Virus record (IMG/VR): IMGVR_UViG_3300042398_000969
Coordinates: 1 to 64,000 of that record
Length of the DNA: 64,000 nt
Reading direction: 5' to 3' (one strand)
Source: a virus
Shown here: positions 37,124 to 46,565 of the stretch, one piece after another
Layout: each line of letters starts with the position of its first letter
Numbering within the stretch: position 1 is the stretch's first letter
The notes under the pieces: generated by a model
Databases searched by the model: none
The model's input: the letters and a program-made list of their open reading frames with translations, nothing else
What the model was told of the DNA's origin: nothing
Translations under genes and position numbers: made by a program

Positions 37124-38527
37124 TTAAATTTTTTCGAATCGGTTATGCGCAATTACATTAGCCAATAAATTAGCTCCAGTTATACTATTTGAATCGGTAC
37201 CTGCAATGAATACGTCATCCGGTTCTATGTTAATTGTTGTAATATTACCACTATACCATTCTAAATTTATTGATGTAATTTCTGCGGTTACCTGATTTGA
37301 AATAACCAATGAATCAGTGTCTTCAATATCAGTAACTATTTTAAATTTAACTAATCCAGTATTATTTTCTTTAATTAGTAGTTTCTCATTTGTAGTTACC
37401 AATGTACTACCAGTTGATGATTGGAAAGAATATTCAATTTTAGGAAGCCACCCTTGAAATGTGGTGGTTAATTTGTTAACAACTGACGCAGTTGAATATG
37501 TAATTAATTCAGAAATTTCTAATGTAGAAGACCAATTTAAACTTTCATTAGATTTCTCATTTTTATCTAATCCAACTAAAGAAACAGATTTAACGATATC
37601 ACCAATTTCAAGTGAATTTAAATCAACAGAAATTTCTTGATCATCAACAATTTTAATAACATCATATTCACTAGGTATACCAATAGAATTTACTGGATTA
37701 GAGAAATACATAGATCTCCATTTGTTGTCTAATTTAGTGTTAGTGTATGTAGCATTATTTTCATCTAGAGACACCGGATTGGTGTAAACACATCCGCCTA
37801 AATAAATCATAGTTTCGACATCTTCTAACAGTAATGTCCAAGTTCTTATGACATTCGAAATTTTACCGTTTACTAAGGTATTCTCATTAAATTCATATTC
37901 TTGTAACATATTTGTACCGTTAACCGTTGATTTTAAATCATTTAAATCGGTTTCTGTATCAATTTTATAAAATGCCGGATATTCGGTTTTTTCAAAATCA
38001 GGTAATGTCTTTTTAAAAATTATATTTGGGTTTTGATTATTATCAACTAAGTCGTTCAAATTATCGAACATTTTACTATCGTCACTTAAATCTCTAACGC
38101 ACGTTTTTGGTAAAAGGTCTTCGTGATTAGACTCAAATAACAATTTTACCATTTCTGCTTTATCTCGGCAATATATATCATCGATAATTGCGGTAGAATC
38201 ATATGCACATCTCAAATAAAAAGTAGTACTTTCGACATTTACCGATGGGGTTGTTATATCATTATTATTAATAACAATTAGTTCAAGTTCTATGTTATTA
38301 CTATCACAAGCGGATTGAAACTGGTTTATTACAGATTGTCCAATATGTCTCTTTTTATAAACAATAACCAACTTGGTGTACGTATTTGTGGTCAAATATG
38401 TCATTAAATTATCCAATTCCAACAAATGGGACGCCGATTCGTGTAAATCAACGTCTGTGTTTGTTTCCAAAAACTTTATATTGTCCCCCAACTTCAAAAA
38501 ATCGGAGCCTATTAAAACTGCTTTCAT
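37124..38527 (-). CDS. circularly permuted ATP-grasp-like ligase fused to C-terminal Hint-like domain
   Basis: N-terminal GSDF..KFLETNT, then LLPKT, IIFKK, MLQEY; Hint-like LEIGDIVKS ... TINIEPDDVFIA ... IAHN. Confidence 0.6.
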   Translation of the reverse strand: MKAVLIGSDFLKLGDNIKFLETNTDVDLHESASHLLELDNLMTYLTTNTYTKLVIVYKKRHIGQSVINQFQSACDSNNIELELIVINNNDITTPSVNVESTTFYLRCAYDSTAIIDDIYCRDKAEMVKLLFESNHEDLLPKTCVRDLSDDSKMFDNLNDLVDNNQNPNIIFKKTLPDFEKTEYPAFYKIDTETDLNDLKSTVNGTNMLQEYEFNENTLVNGKISNVIRTWTLLLEDVETMIYLGGCVYTNPVSLDENNATYTNTKLDNKWRSMYFSNPVNSIGIPSEYDVIKIVDDQEISVDLNSLEIGDIVKSVSLVGLDKNEKSNESLNWSSTLEISELITYSTASVVNKLTTTFQGWLPKIEYSFQSSTGSTLVTTNEKLLIKENNTGLVKFKIVTDIEDTDSLVISNQVTAEITSINLEWYSGNITTINIEPDDVFIAGTDSNSITGANLLANVIAHNRFEKI

Positions 38528-38646
38528 GTGCTTTCTTTTTTATAAATATTTATCATTTGTCTTTCTAATTAGTTCCTCCAATAAAATTTCTCACTTTATT
38601 CATATATTAACAATTTATTCAATGTATATGAAATCAAAGTACTTAT

Positions 38647-38859
38647 TTACTTATCGTTTAACCCATATTTTATCCATTTATACCAAATTCTTTCGTGTAA
38701 ATAATATTGGATAGGTTTATATACCAATTCAGCAATCCCAAAAGCGGTACCTATTTTATAATCACCACTTACCCACCAAACTATAGCAAAACCAACTAGA
38801 GTTGATATAATTCGGTATGAGATTGTTTTAGCTATGTGTCTTTTCCTTTGTACTATCAT
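38647..38859 (-). CDS. DUF2061 family membrane protein
   Basis: RHIAKTISYRI...YYLHERIW. Confidence 0.85.
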   Translation of the reverse strand: MIVQRKRHIAKTISYRIISTLVGFAIVWWVSGDYKIGTAFGIAELVYKPIQYYLHERIWYKWIKYGLNDK

Positions 38860-39464
38860 ATCAATTTTTTTATATCTGAACGTTTAACAAACGATTTACC
38901 ATCAAATGTGGTATATTTCAATTCATATCCATGTCTAAATGCCCTGTTATTACTATATGGTAGCGATTCCACCTCATCTGACGTTAGTTTATGTCTAACC
39001 GCGTTAAAAATTTGATTTTCAACAGGAGTTTGAAAAAAACCGACAATGGTTCCATCTTTACAATTTGGTTTTACATAATCTAAAAATTTAGAAATATTTG
39101 GGTCCAAATGTGTATCATGTAAAATACCATCAAACTTTGATTGTAGTGTTGGTAGGACATCGACCCAATCACCTAAAATTATTTTCACATTTGGTTTGTC
39201 TTCAGCCCATTGTAAAGCATTTTTAAACATCTCAGGATGGATTTCAATTATTATGTGTGACGTCACATTTGGGTTAGATTGAACAGCGTCAGCTGACAAA
39301 TGCATGCCGAATCCAATTTCAAGTATGTCTCCACCATTTTTTGTAACTATATCGGCTAACTTATACATCAAAGATTCTTCACCATTGTGCATCACATAGT
39401 CATTTTTTAATCCATCTATTCTAATATCATTAGTGGATATTGATATTTTTTCGTCTCCTTTCAT
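38856..39464 (-). CDS. SAM methyltransferase, RMT2/guanidinoacetate-MT-like
   Basis: ILEIGFGM, HIIIEIHP, GDW.DVLP, FDGILHDT. Confidence 0.75.
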   Translation of the reverse strand: MKGDEKISISTNDIRIDGLKNDYVMHNGEESLMYKLADIVTKNGGDILEIGFGMHLSADAVQSNPNVTSHIIIEIHPEMFKNALQWAEDKPNVKIILGDWVDVLPTLQSKFDGILHDTHLDPNISKFLDYVKPNCKDGTIVGFFQTPVENQIFNAVRHKLTSDEVESLPYSNNRAFRHGYELKYTTFDGKSFVKRSDIKKLI

Positions 39465-39486
39465 AATTAATTTTGAATACAAATTT

Positions 39487-40104
39487 TCATAAAAATTTAT
39501 CATATTTTTCTGAAATTCTTACCTTTTTATCATCTGATATTAACCAATTATTAATCGATTCTTCAATGGGTTTTAATTCCAAATAATCAAAAATTTCATT
39601 TATTACTGAGGTGTTTTTATTAACAAAAATATCCTCATAATAATATATTTTTTTATTATAATTTTCTGAAAATGATTCTAACGCATCTGAAACAACTATC
39701 AAATTTAGTTCCCATTCATTAAATGTATCTTTAGGGATTGAATTTAAATAATAAACTCGTTTTCTTTTGTGTCTATCTTTAATTTTATTTACGGTGTGAT
39801 ATATAAAACTTTCACTTTGTTCTATTTTGTTTATTCTATCAAGAATAATAACTTTATCAAATGTTTCGAAAATAGATTCATAAAATAATTTCGAATTTTC
39901 TTTGACATTTGATGGTGTTTGACCCAATAACATTTTAAGTAGAACATTTTTATCGTCATCACAAAATGATAGATTTTCTTCAATTTTATAATGTCGGTCT
40001 AGGGGTTCCTCCAAGAAAGTATAATCATCAGTTAAGTGTTCTTTAATACAATTAAATAATGATGATGATCCACATCTACCTGATGCCATTATACATATTC
40101 TCAT
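39487..40104 (-). CDS. sulfotransferase-like protein (paralog of 34412)
   Basis: SGRCGSSSL, EP, ILDRINK.EQSES, YYEDIF. Confidence 0.7.
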   Translation of the reverse strand: MRICIMASGRCGSSSLFNCIKEHLTDDYTFLEEPLDRHYKIEENLSFCDDDKNVLLKMLLGQTPSNVKENSKLFYESIFETFDKVIILDRINKIEQSESFIYHTVNKIKDRHKRKRVYYLNSIPKDTFNEWELNLIVVSDALESFSENYNKKIYYYEDIFVNKNTSVINEIFDYLELKPIEESINNWLISDDKKVRISEKYDKFL

Positions 40105-40484
40105 TACCCTTTAGTTTTATCATATGTTATTTTCCCATCTGAAGTCATATGTCCCGTTCTAATTGCGGTACCACTAATTTGTCCAATATCGGTTGGTGGT
40201 TCGTGGTAAATTACATCATACCCAACTCCTCTACCATAATTTACGGATTCAATATCGGGAATAATTGATAATAGAATTTTATTAAAGTTTTCATTGAAAA
40301 ATGGTTCCTGTATTAACATCTGAAACACCTCTTGAGCGGTCTTTGGGTTGTTTTCATCCACCTCAACATCTCTAATTGCCACCCACACATTCTTACCTTT
40401 TTGTAATTGTTGGTTAATAAGCCATTCGTGACCTTTGTGCCAATTTTGCCATCTTCCGATGTACATTGCGTACTTTTTACTCAT
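40104..40484 (-). CDS. HxGH nucleotidyltransferase (cytidylyltransferase-like)
   Basis: IGRWQNWHKGH, YGRGVGY, ISGTAIR. Confidence 0.8.
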   Translation of the reverse strand: MSKKYAMYIGRWQNWHKGHEWLINQQLQKGKNVWVAIRDVEVDENNPKTAQEVFQMLIQEPFFNENFNKILLSIIPDIESVNYGRGVGYDVIYHEPPTDIGQISGTAIRTGHMTSDGKITYDKTKG

Positions 40485-40915
40485 AGTGATAATTTTTTTA
40501 ACAGTTCATAATATGAATCTGTTTCGTTTTTTATTGTTGTGTCTATATCTATAAAATTCTCTAAAGGTGGTTCGTACTCCCCAACATGGAATTCATTCCT
40601 ACCTCTATCCTCTGTGGTGTGCACATAAATCTCAACAACCGATGTGCTGAACTTAAAAGACTCTCTTTGGTCTCTATACGGTGAAACTAAGGACACAATT
40701 ACATTATGTCCTTTACTGTGCATGAATTGTGCAATGTATTGTGCTCTTTGGATGTTTAATCTTCTTCCTGTGATGGAATAGTCTTTATTCTTAAAGATGT
40801 CTCTTAGGTCGTCTCCATCGATGTGAATAACCTTGTCTTTAGGGAAATATTCTACTAAGTATTTTGCTAGGGTTGTTTTACCTGCTCCGGGTTGCCCTGT
40901 TAACCAATATATCAT
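40481..40915 (-). CDS. cysC: adenylyl-sulfate (APS) kinase, compact
   Basis: WLTGQPGAGKTTLA, IDGDDLR, VSLVSPY, YEPP. Confidence 0.85.
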   Translation of the reverse strand: MIYWLTGQPGAGKTTLAKYLVEYFPKDKVIHIDGDDLRDIFKNKDYSITGRRLNIQRAQYIAQFMHSKGHNVIVSLVSPYRDQRESFKFSTSVVEIYVHTTEDRGRNEFHVGEYEPPLENFIDIDTTIKNETDSYYELLKKLSL

Positions 40916-40952
40916 AATGGTAATATAGTTAATTAATTAGAAAAAATAAAGA

Positions 40953-41072
40953 CTAATGATTATAAACGAACGGATCTCTTTTTTTAAGTTCCTCCATACG
41001 TTTTTTAATCATTTTTTTACGTTTATAGTTCCTGATTTTGTCCTTAATATATTTGATGAGTTTTCCTATCAT
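40953..41072 (-). CDS. small basic protein ending RDPFVYNH (39 aa), missed by ORF track
   Basis: MIGKLIKYIKDKIRNYKRKKMIKKRMEELKKRDPFVYNH; ATGA-coupled to upstream gene. Confidence 0.75.
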   Translation of the reverse strand: MIGKLIKYIKDKIRNYKRKKMIKKRMEELKKRDPFVYNH

Positions 41073-41776
41073 ATCAATTTAATTATTCTTGTTTCATTAT
41101 AAATATCCTTTATATATGCAACTCTGGTCTCATTTAAAAATGTGTAAAATAATTCGGCTAATAAAAGATTTCCCTTTTCACCAAAATGACCGTCATTAAC
41201 CAACCCTTCCGTTTCTTGTTTAATAGATGTAATATTTCCTCTTTTATATAGGTAACCTAATTTCATTATGTTTATGATACCTTTAGATTCTCTTAATGGA
41301 TCAAAAAGTGTCCAAAAATATACTTTATATCCATCTAACACCATTTTAAATAAATTAACATAGTTTTCAAATTCTTTCGCAAAAAGAGGATGCATCCTAT
41401 TCGTCAATATTTCAGATATAGTGTCACTCGATACTGATAAGTTGTCATTACGCCCACCAACCGCTATTGACCTAAAATTAATTTTATCAACAATCCTAAA
41501 ACGAGACGTATCAGTTAGACCAACAAAAATGACATCATTTTCTTTGTCAAATTTTTTAATTTGGTAAAAAAGTGTTTCAAAAATACTATAGTTATCCGAA
41601 CCACCCATTCCATGGTTTTCTAGTTCTAAGTTTAATTTTTCTGCCAATATTTGACTAAAGTTCTTTGGTTCATAACCTAAATAATCAATGTATGGTTTTA
41701 TCCAATCTTGTAATTTCATTGTTCTATCTGTATATAAAGCAGAATTAGAATCTCCAAATACCCATAATTTACCCAT
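41069..41776 (-). CDS. SGNH/GDSL-like protein
   Basis: WVFGDSNS, GMGGSDN, DGHFGEKGN. Confidence 0.7.
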   Translation of the reverse strand: MGKLWVFGDSNSALYTDRTMKLQDWIKPYIDYLGYEPKNFSQILAEKLNLELENHGMGGSDNYSIFETLFYQIKKFDKENDVIFVGLTDTSRFRIVDKINFRSIAVGGRNDNLSVSSDTISEILTNRMHPLFAKEFENYVNLFKMVLDGYKVYFWTLFDPLRESKGIINIMKLGYLYKRGNITSIKQETEGLVNDGHFGEKGNLLLAELFYTFLNETRVAYIKDIYNETRIIKLI

Positions 41777-43443
41777 TACTTATAAATTAAAAAATTTTCT
41801 ATTATTAAAATGTCCAAATTAGTATTATAAAAAGTGTTTAGAGCATCTTTTGGTGTTAACACCATTGTTTTATCTTTTATATTAAACGAAGTATTCAATA
41901 GAATTGGGTACCCACTTAATTTTTCAAACTCTTTTAATAATCTATACATATTTGTATGCTTATGTACCGATTGTACTCTAGCAGTACCATCAACATGTGT
42001 AACTGCTTTAAGAACATCTTTATATTCAGATTTGACTTGAACAATTTGGTTCATATATGGAATTTCGTTTTCCATAATAAAATATTTATCTTGGTCATCT
42101 ACTGTTACCATTGGAGCAAAAGGTCTAAAGTTTTCTCTCTTTTTAATCAATTTATTAATTCTATCTTTCATACCTTCTTTGGTTGGGTCAGCAAGTATTG
42201 AACGGTTACCTAGTGCTCTTGCACCAAACTCACAATGACCTTCGAACCAACCAACGACCTTACCCTCATGTATTTTTTTCGCAACATAAGCTCTCAACTT
42301 GTTTTCAGATCTGAACATGTGGTATTTCCCATTACTTAATAGTTTTACAATTTCTTTATAATAATATAGAGGACCGAGAAATGGGTTTTGTGTAACCCGT
42401 TCGAATAATTGTTTATTTTTAACTAAATAATGTACACAAGCTCCGATGGATGAACCCGCATCTGATGGTGCAACGGGTATCCATAATTTTTTGAATGATG
42501 TGTTACTTATAATTTTACCATTTGCGGAACCATTATATGCACATCCACCGCTTAAACATATGTTCCCTGTGTCATCAATGTACGAGATAGCCTTTAATAA
42601 ATCAAAGAAGACTTCCTCATATACTTTCTGAATTGATGCTGCCAGATTCTCATGAATCGCCATAATTGGTTCTTCTGTTAATCTAGGTTGAATACCTAAA
42701 TGTTCCACCAATTCAGAATTAAACATTATTTTATTTGATTTATTCCATGTGAAATATTTTAAATTACATTTAACACCTCCGTTTTTAAATCTGATTAATT
42801 CCCTAACCTTATCGAGATAAACATTAGGGTCACCATACGATGCTAACCCCATTACCTTATACTCACCCTCATTTGGTTTAAAACCTAAAAAGGATGTCAT
42901 AGCAGAATAATATAAACCTATTGAATGTGGATAATCCGATACTGTTATTGTCTCAATCTCTTGACCATTTGCAAAACCAACAGATGCCGTTTCATATTCA
43001 CCAACACCATCAACGGATAGACAGGTTGCTCTTTTAAAATCAGACGTGAAGAAGGAATAGTATTGATGAGATAAGTGGTGCTTAGAATAAAAAACATTGT
43101 CAGAAATTCTGGCCAAATTTTTCTTAAGATTACTTATGTTTTTTTTTATTTTAATATAGGATTGGATAGAGTATAACGGTACACTAAGAAAATTTTCTTT
43201 TATGTTTTGTTTAACTCTCTTTAATTTTAATTCAGGGTCCTCATAATAACACACAGCACTGATATTTTCCTTACCAATTTTATATGTTTTGAATATATGG
43301 TCAATAGTTTTATTAGGAAATGATGAATCATGTTTTATACCTGTGAATTTCTCTTCCTCACAAGCAAATACCAACTTACCGTCTTTAAATAGACACGCGG
43401 ATGAATCATGATAGTATGCCGATACTCCAATTACATATTCCAT
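41776..43443 (-). CDS. carbamoyltransferase (NodU/CmcH/TobZ family)
   Basis: YHDSSA, HHLSH, DGVGE, EYKVMGLA, EFGARALGNRS, RPFAP, HVDGTAR, LNTSFN. Confidence 0.96.
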   Translation of the reverse strand: MEYVIGVSAYYHDSSACLFKDGKLVFACEEEKFTGIKHDSSFPNKTIDHIFKTYKIGKENISAVCYYEDPELKLKRVKQNIKENFLSVPLYSIQSYIKIKKNISNLKKNLARISDNVFYSKHHLSHQYYSFFTSDFKRATCLSVDGVGEYETASVGFANGQEIETITVSDYPHSIGLYYSAMTSFLGFKPNEGEYKVMGLASYGDPNVYLDKVRELIRFKNGGVKCNLKYFTWNKSNKIMFNSELVEHLGIQPRLTEEPIMAIHENLAASIQKVYEEVFFDLLKAISYIDDTGNICLSGGCAYNGSANGKIISNTSFKKLWIPVAPSDAGSSIGACVHYLVKNKQLFERVTQNPFLGPLYYYKEIVKLLSNGKYHMFRSENKLRAYVAKKIHEGKVVGWFEGHCEFGARALGNRSILADPTKEGMKDRINKLIKKRENFRPFAPMVTVDDQDKYFIMENEIPYMNQIVQVKSEYKDVLKAVTHVDGTARVQSVHKHTNMYRLLKEFEKLSGYPILLNTSFNIKDKTMVLTPKDALNTFYNTNLDILIIENFLIYK

Positions 43444-44270
43444 TTAGTTATGTTGTGTGCGTTTTTAATTTCTTGGTTTATTATTTTAAAAAATGTTTCA
43501 TGTCCCCTAAGATCCCAATGACAGTCATTAACCTGTTTTCCCGTTGAGTAATATATTGAATTTTTATATGAACAAAAATTATACTTTAAAGGTTTCCATA
43601 TTATGGCATCTTCATCATATTTATTCCATAATCCCTTCTCACCATGATGTAAATTGATAAATCCTTTAGTGTTTACTAACCTATCATGTATATGTGTTTT
43701 TTCAAATAATGGTTCGATTTCTTTGTTATATCCAAACTGATATGGGTTCCAAAACCAATGAATTGGTTTAATGTTTTTCTCTTCTAATAATTTATTAACA
43801 ATATCAATCCAATTTAGTAGCTCATGGGCTGAATTTGGGTGATTTTCTTTATAAAGTAACCACTCTTTGAAAAATAATATATCTTTATTTCTTAAATTAC
43901 TCATGACAAGTTCATCGTTTTCAAAATTCATCAATATCGGTAAAAACAATTCTTCTCCAGTAACAAAATTATTAGTCTTCTCATATGACCTAACTCTATC
44001 TAATGTAGTCCAACCAAATATTGCTATATCATTTTCCTTTAATTCTGGTATTCTTCGAAGTACACTCTCAAAAAGTGTTAAATTGTCTGAACCTGGTATG
44101 GAATAAACCTGTACTTCTTTACCTGTTTCCTTTAATAACTCAATCCAATCTTTTGGAATATCTCCATTTTCTAAACATACCTTTAAATAATCGGTACAGA
44201 ACCTTAAATCCAAGTTATAATTAAAATGGAATGGTGTTGAAAATGAATCCCCAAATATTCTAATTGACAT
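43431..44270 (-). CDS. SGNH/GDSL-like protein
   Basis: IFGDSFS, PGSDN, DCHW..RGH. Confidence 0.65.
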   Translation of the reverse strand: MSIRIFGDSFSTPFHFNYNLDLRFCTDYLKVCLENGDIPKDWIELLKETGKEVQVYSIPGSDNLTLFESVLRRIPELKENDIAIFGWTTLDRVRSYEKTNNFVTGEELFLPILMNFENDELVMSNLRNKDILFFKEWLLYKENHPNSAHELLNWIDIVNKLLEEKNIKPIHWFWNPYQFGYNKEIEPLFEKTHIHDRLVNTKGFINLHHGEKGLWNKYDEDAIIWKPLKYNFCSYKNSIYYSTGKQVNDCHWDLRGHETFFKIINQEIKNAHNITKWNM

Positions 44271-44272
44271 AA

Positions 44273-45196
44273 TTAAAGTTCTACAAATAAAAACGGATTA
44301 TTAATTATAAACGGGTTAGCGTTTTTTTCAATATTTTCCAATATTGAGTTGGCAACAGCAAAGTGTGATTCTTTTGAGAAGTGATAACTATTGATTTCGC
44401 CATTTGTTACATCTCTAATATTCTCAAATTTTAATGCATCTTTGTGTAAAAAGAACACATTCATGAATGTGTTCATGTGTTCAACAAATTGTCTTGGTGG
44501 TACATTGGCATCTTTTGCTACCTTTAATATGTCACTCTCAGAAAAGAATATATAAATTAAGTGAGTAAAATTCTTTGATTCCACATATGACTTAATTGAT
44601 AACAAATCCTTTATAAATCCTTCGTAATAACTTTTATATGATGTGGTTAAAAAGAAATGATCTTTGATTGTATTAATCAAATGGGAATCATCTTGTAATT
44701 CTCTATACTTTATGCTATTTTCATCAAACATCATGTTTGGGTGAATAACATAGTACTTGTCATTATAACGAATTGGGTACCTATGACTATAGCTTAGTTG
44801 TGTTATAATTAGTGGGTTTTTATATGCTGAAAATTCATCGACGCCGGCTACCTTGATTTTCTCCTGTTGAATAAAATACCTTTCCTTAGGGAATAAATTA
44901 ACATGATATTCAAAATTAGCGTCTTCAAATAAATCCATATATCTTCTTAAAATGAATTCATTACAACTGCCAGCTTGTGAAATGTTTAAAACGGGTAAAT
45001 TAGATTTCTCACCCATGTGTGATCCCCAGTTATTGACATAGTCAAATAATGATGCAAATTCAATCTCCTTTGGTGTTAGTTCTGAGAAATCTTTTATAAT
45101 CCTACCTTTCTTGTACTGATTTTCAATGAATTGTCCATCACCAAATGAAAAGGAGTCACCGTTTATAACAATTAAATCAAAATCTCTAATATTCAT
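44273..45196 (-). CDS. SGNH/GDSL-like protein
   Basis: NGDSFSFG, NISQAGSCN, SYHFSKESH. Confidence 0.65.
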   Translation of the reverse strand: MNIRDFDLIVINGDSFSFGDGQFIENQYKKGRIIKDFSELTPKEIEFASLFDYVNNWGSHMGEKSNLPVLNISQAGSCNEFILRRYMDLFEDANFEYHVNLFPKERYFIQQEKIKVAGVDEFSAYKNPLIITQLSYSHRYPIRYNDKYYVIHPNMMFDENSIKYRELQDDSHLINTIKDHFFLTTSYKSYYEGFIKDLLSIKSYVESKNFTHLIYIFFSESDILKVAKDANVPPRQFVEHMNTFMNVFFLHKDALKFENIRDVTNGEINSYHFSKESHFAVANSILENIEKNANPFIINNPFLFVEL

Positions 45197-46565
45197 AATA
45201 TTTTTTTACGTTTTTTACAAAATCCGGGTTTGGGTAATGGTGGTCCACATCTGATCCATCAATTATTGAATTGGTTTTTTCCGCAATACCCACCAATTCA
45301 AAAAGGGTATTTTTAAGTTTGGTTTTACCCCATTTAACTAATCCAGCCTCTGTATTATAACTATTACTAAAATAAATATAATTTTGTCCCTCGGTTAATA
45401 GTTTTTCAACTTTATCTAAATCCAAGACCAAATCAATTAAATGGTATTCGTGGTCTAATTTTCTATATCTATCCCAAAAACCTAACCATGACTCCAATCC
45501 GCCAAATTGCTCAATTACCTTATCATGAGACTCCTGATATGAAAGATGAAACGGTTTGTTCCAATTCATTGGTTGACCTATTTCCTTCTCGAACTTGGTA
45601 ACCGCATCAAACACATCAACACCATCCCAATTATTAACCAACCATTTTTTAAATTGTAAACTTATTTCACTATAATCGATAAATTTAACTTTAGTTGCGG
45701 TTGTGAATAATGACCTATGTAAAATTAGATACGGTCTAAACGCAGCACAAACACTTATCAAATTGTCAACAACCACTTTAGGTGGTTCAAAATCTAAACT
45801 GTCTGTGTTAAATAAGAAAATTGATGTCTTTGCGTTATTGTAATCTATCGATGAGAAGTATTGTTTTTGTAATGGTTGTATAAGTTCATTAACCGTCACT
45901 TTAGAATCAAAGTAGTCCATTAATACTTCATGATTTTCTGGATATAAATGATGCTTAAGCTCTCTAATTTCTTTTGTGAAGTTCACTACCTTTTTACCAT
46001 TGTTTAACCAGCATTTTATTAAACCGGTACCCCAACCTATTTGATGTGTATTTTTGGTTATACCATTTACTGGTTCAATATAAAAAGGAGTATAGTCATC
46101 ATGGAAATTTTCAAGACTTCTGTTGAAATTTGGGAATGATTCATCCTTTGGTGATATCCAAGATGGGTGACCGTATTCTCTATACCTTTTTAAATCGACA
46201 CACCAAAACTCTTTATAGAAATAAGGTATCTTATCGGTATATGAAATTATATGACCGACCAATCCATCACTATCTTTGCATAAATTAATTGAATCGATAA
46301 TAACATGTTTACCACCTCTTTTGGCTGGTCTAAGTAAATGACCAATCCAATTACCAATGGCATAGTCATAGTCATCAACCGATGCAACATCAAGGAACTC
46401 TTGTTCTGATTTAAAATATAAAACATCTAAGGTGATACCATGTAATCTTAAATCTAATTTGGCATTAAATAACCAAAAGTCGGTGAGATTTAATAATTTT
46501 TCAATATATAACTCGCTGACTTTTTCTTTATCTAAATCATTTATTACACCTATTATTACTCTCAT
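45186..46565 (-). CDS. hypothetical protein
   Basis: 459 aa, RS.ENFHDDYTP motif; no family recognised. Confidence 0.7.
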   Translation of the reverse strand: MRVIIGVINDLDKEKVSELYIEKLLNLTDFWLFNAKLDLRLHGITLDVLYFKSEQEFLDVASVDDYDYAIGNWIGHLLRPAKRGGKHVIIDSINLCKDSDGLVGHIISYTDKIPYFYKEFWCVDLKRYREYGHPSWISPKDESFPNFNRSLENFHDDYTPFYIEPVNGITKNTHQIGWGTGLIKCWLNNGKKVVNFTKEIRELKHHLYPENHEVLMDYFDSKVTVNELIQPLQKQYFSSIDYNNAKTSIFLFNTDSLDFEPPKVVVDNLISVCAAFRPYLILHRSLFTTATKVKFIDYSEISLQFKKWLVNNWDGVDVFDAVTKFEKEIGQPMNWNKPFHLSYQESHDKVIEQFGGLESWLGFWDRYRKLDHEYHLIDLVLDLDKVEKLLTEGQNYIYFSNSYNTEAGLVKWGKTKLKNTLFELVGIAEKTNSIIDGSDVDHHYPNPDFVKNVKKYYEY

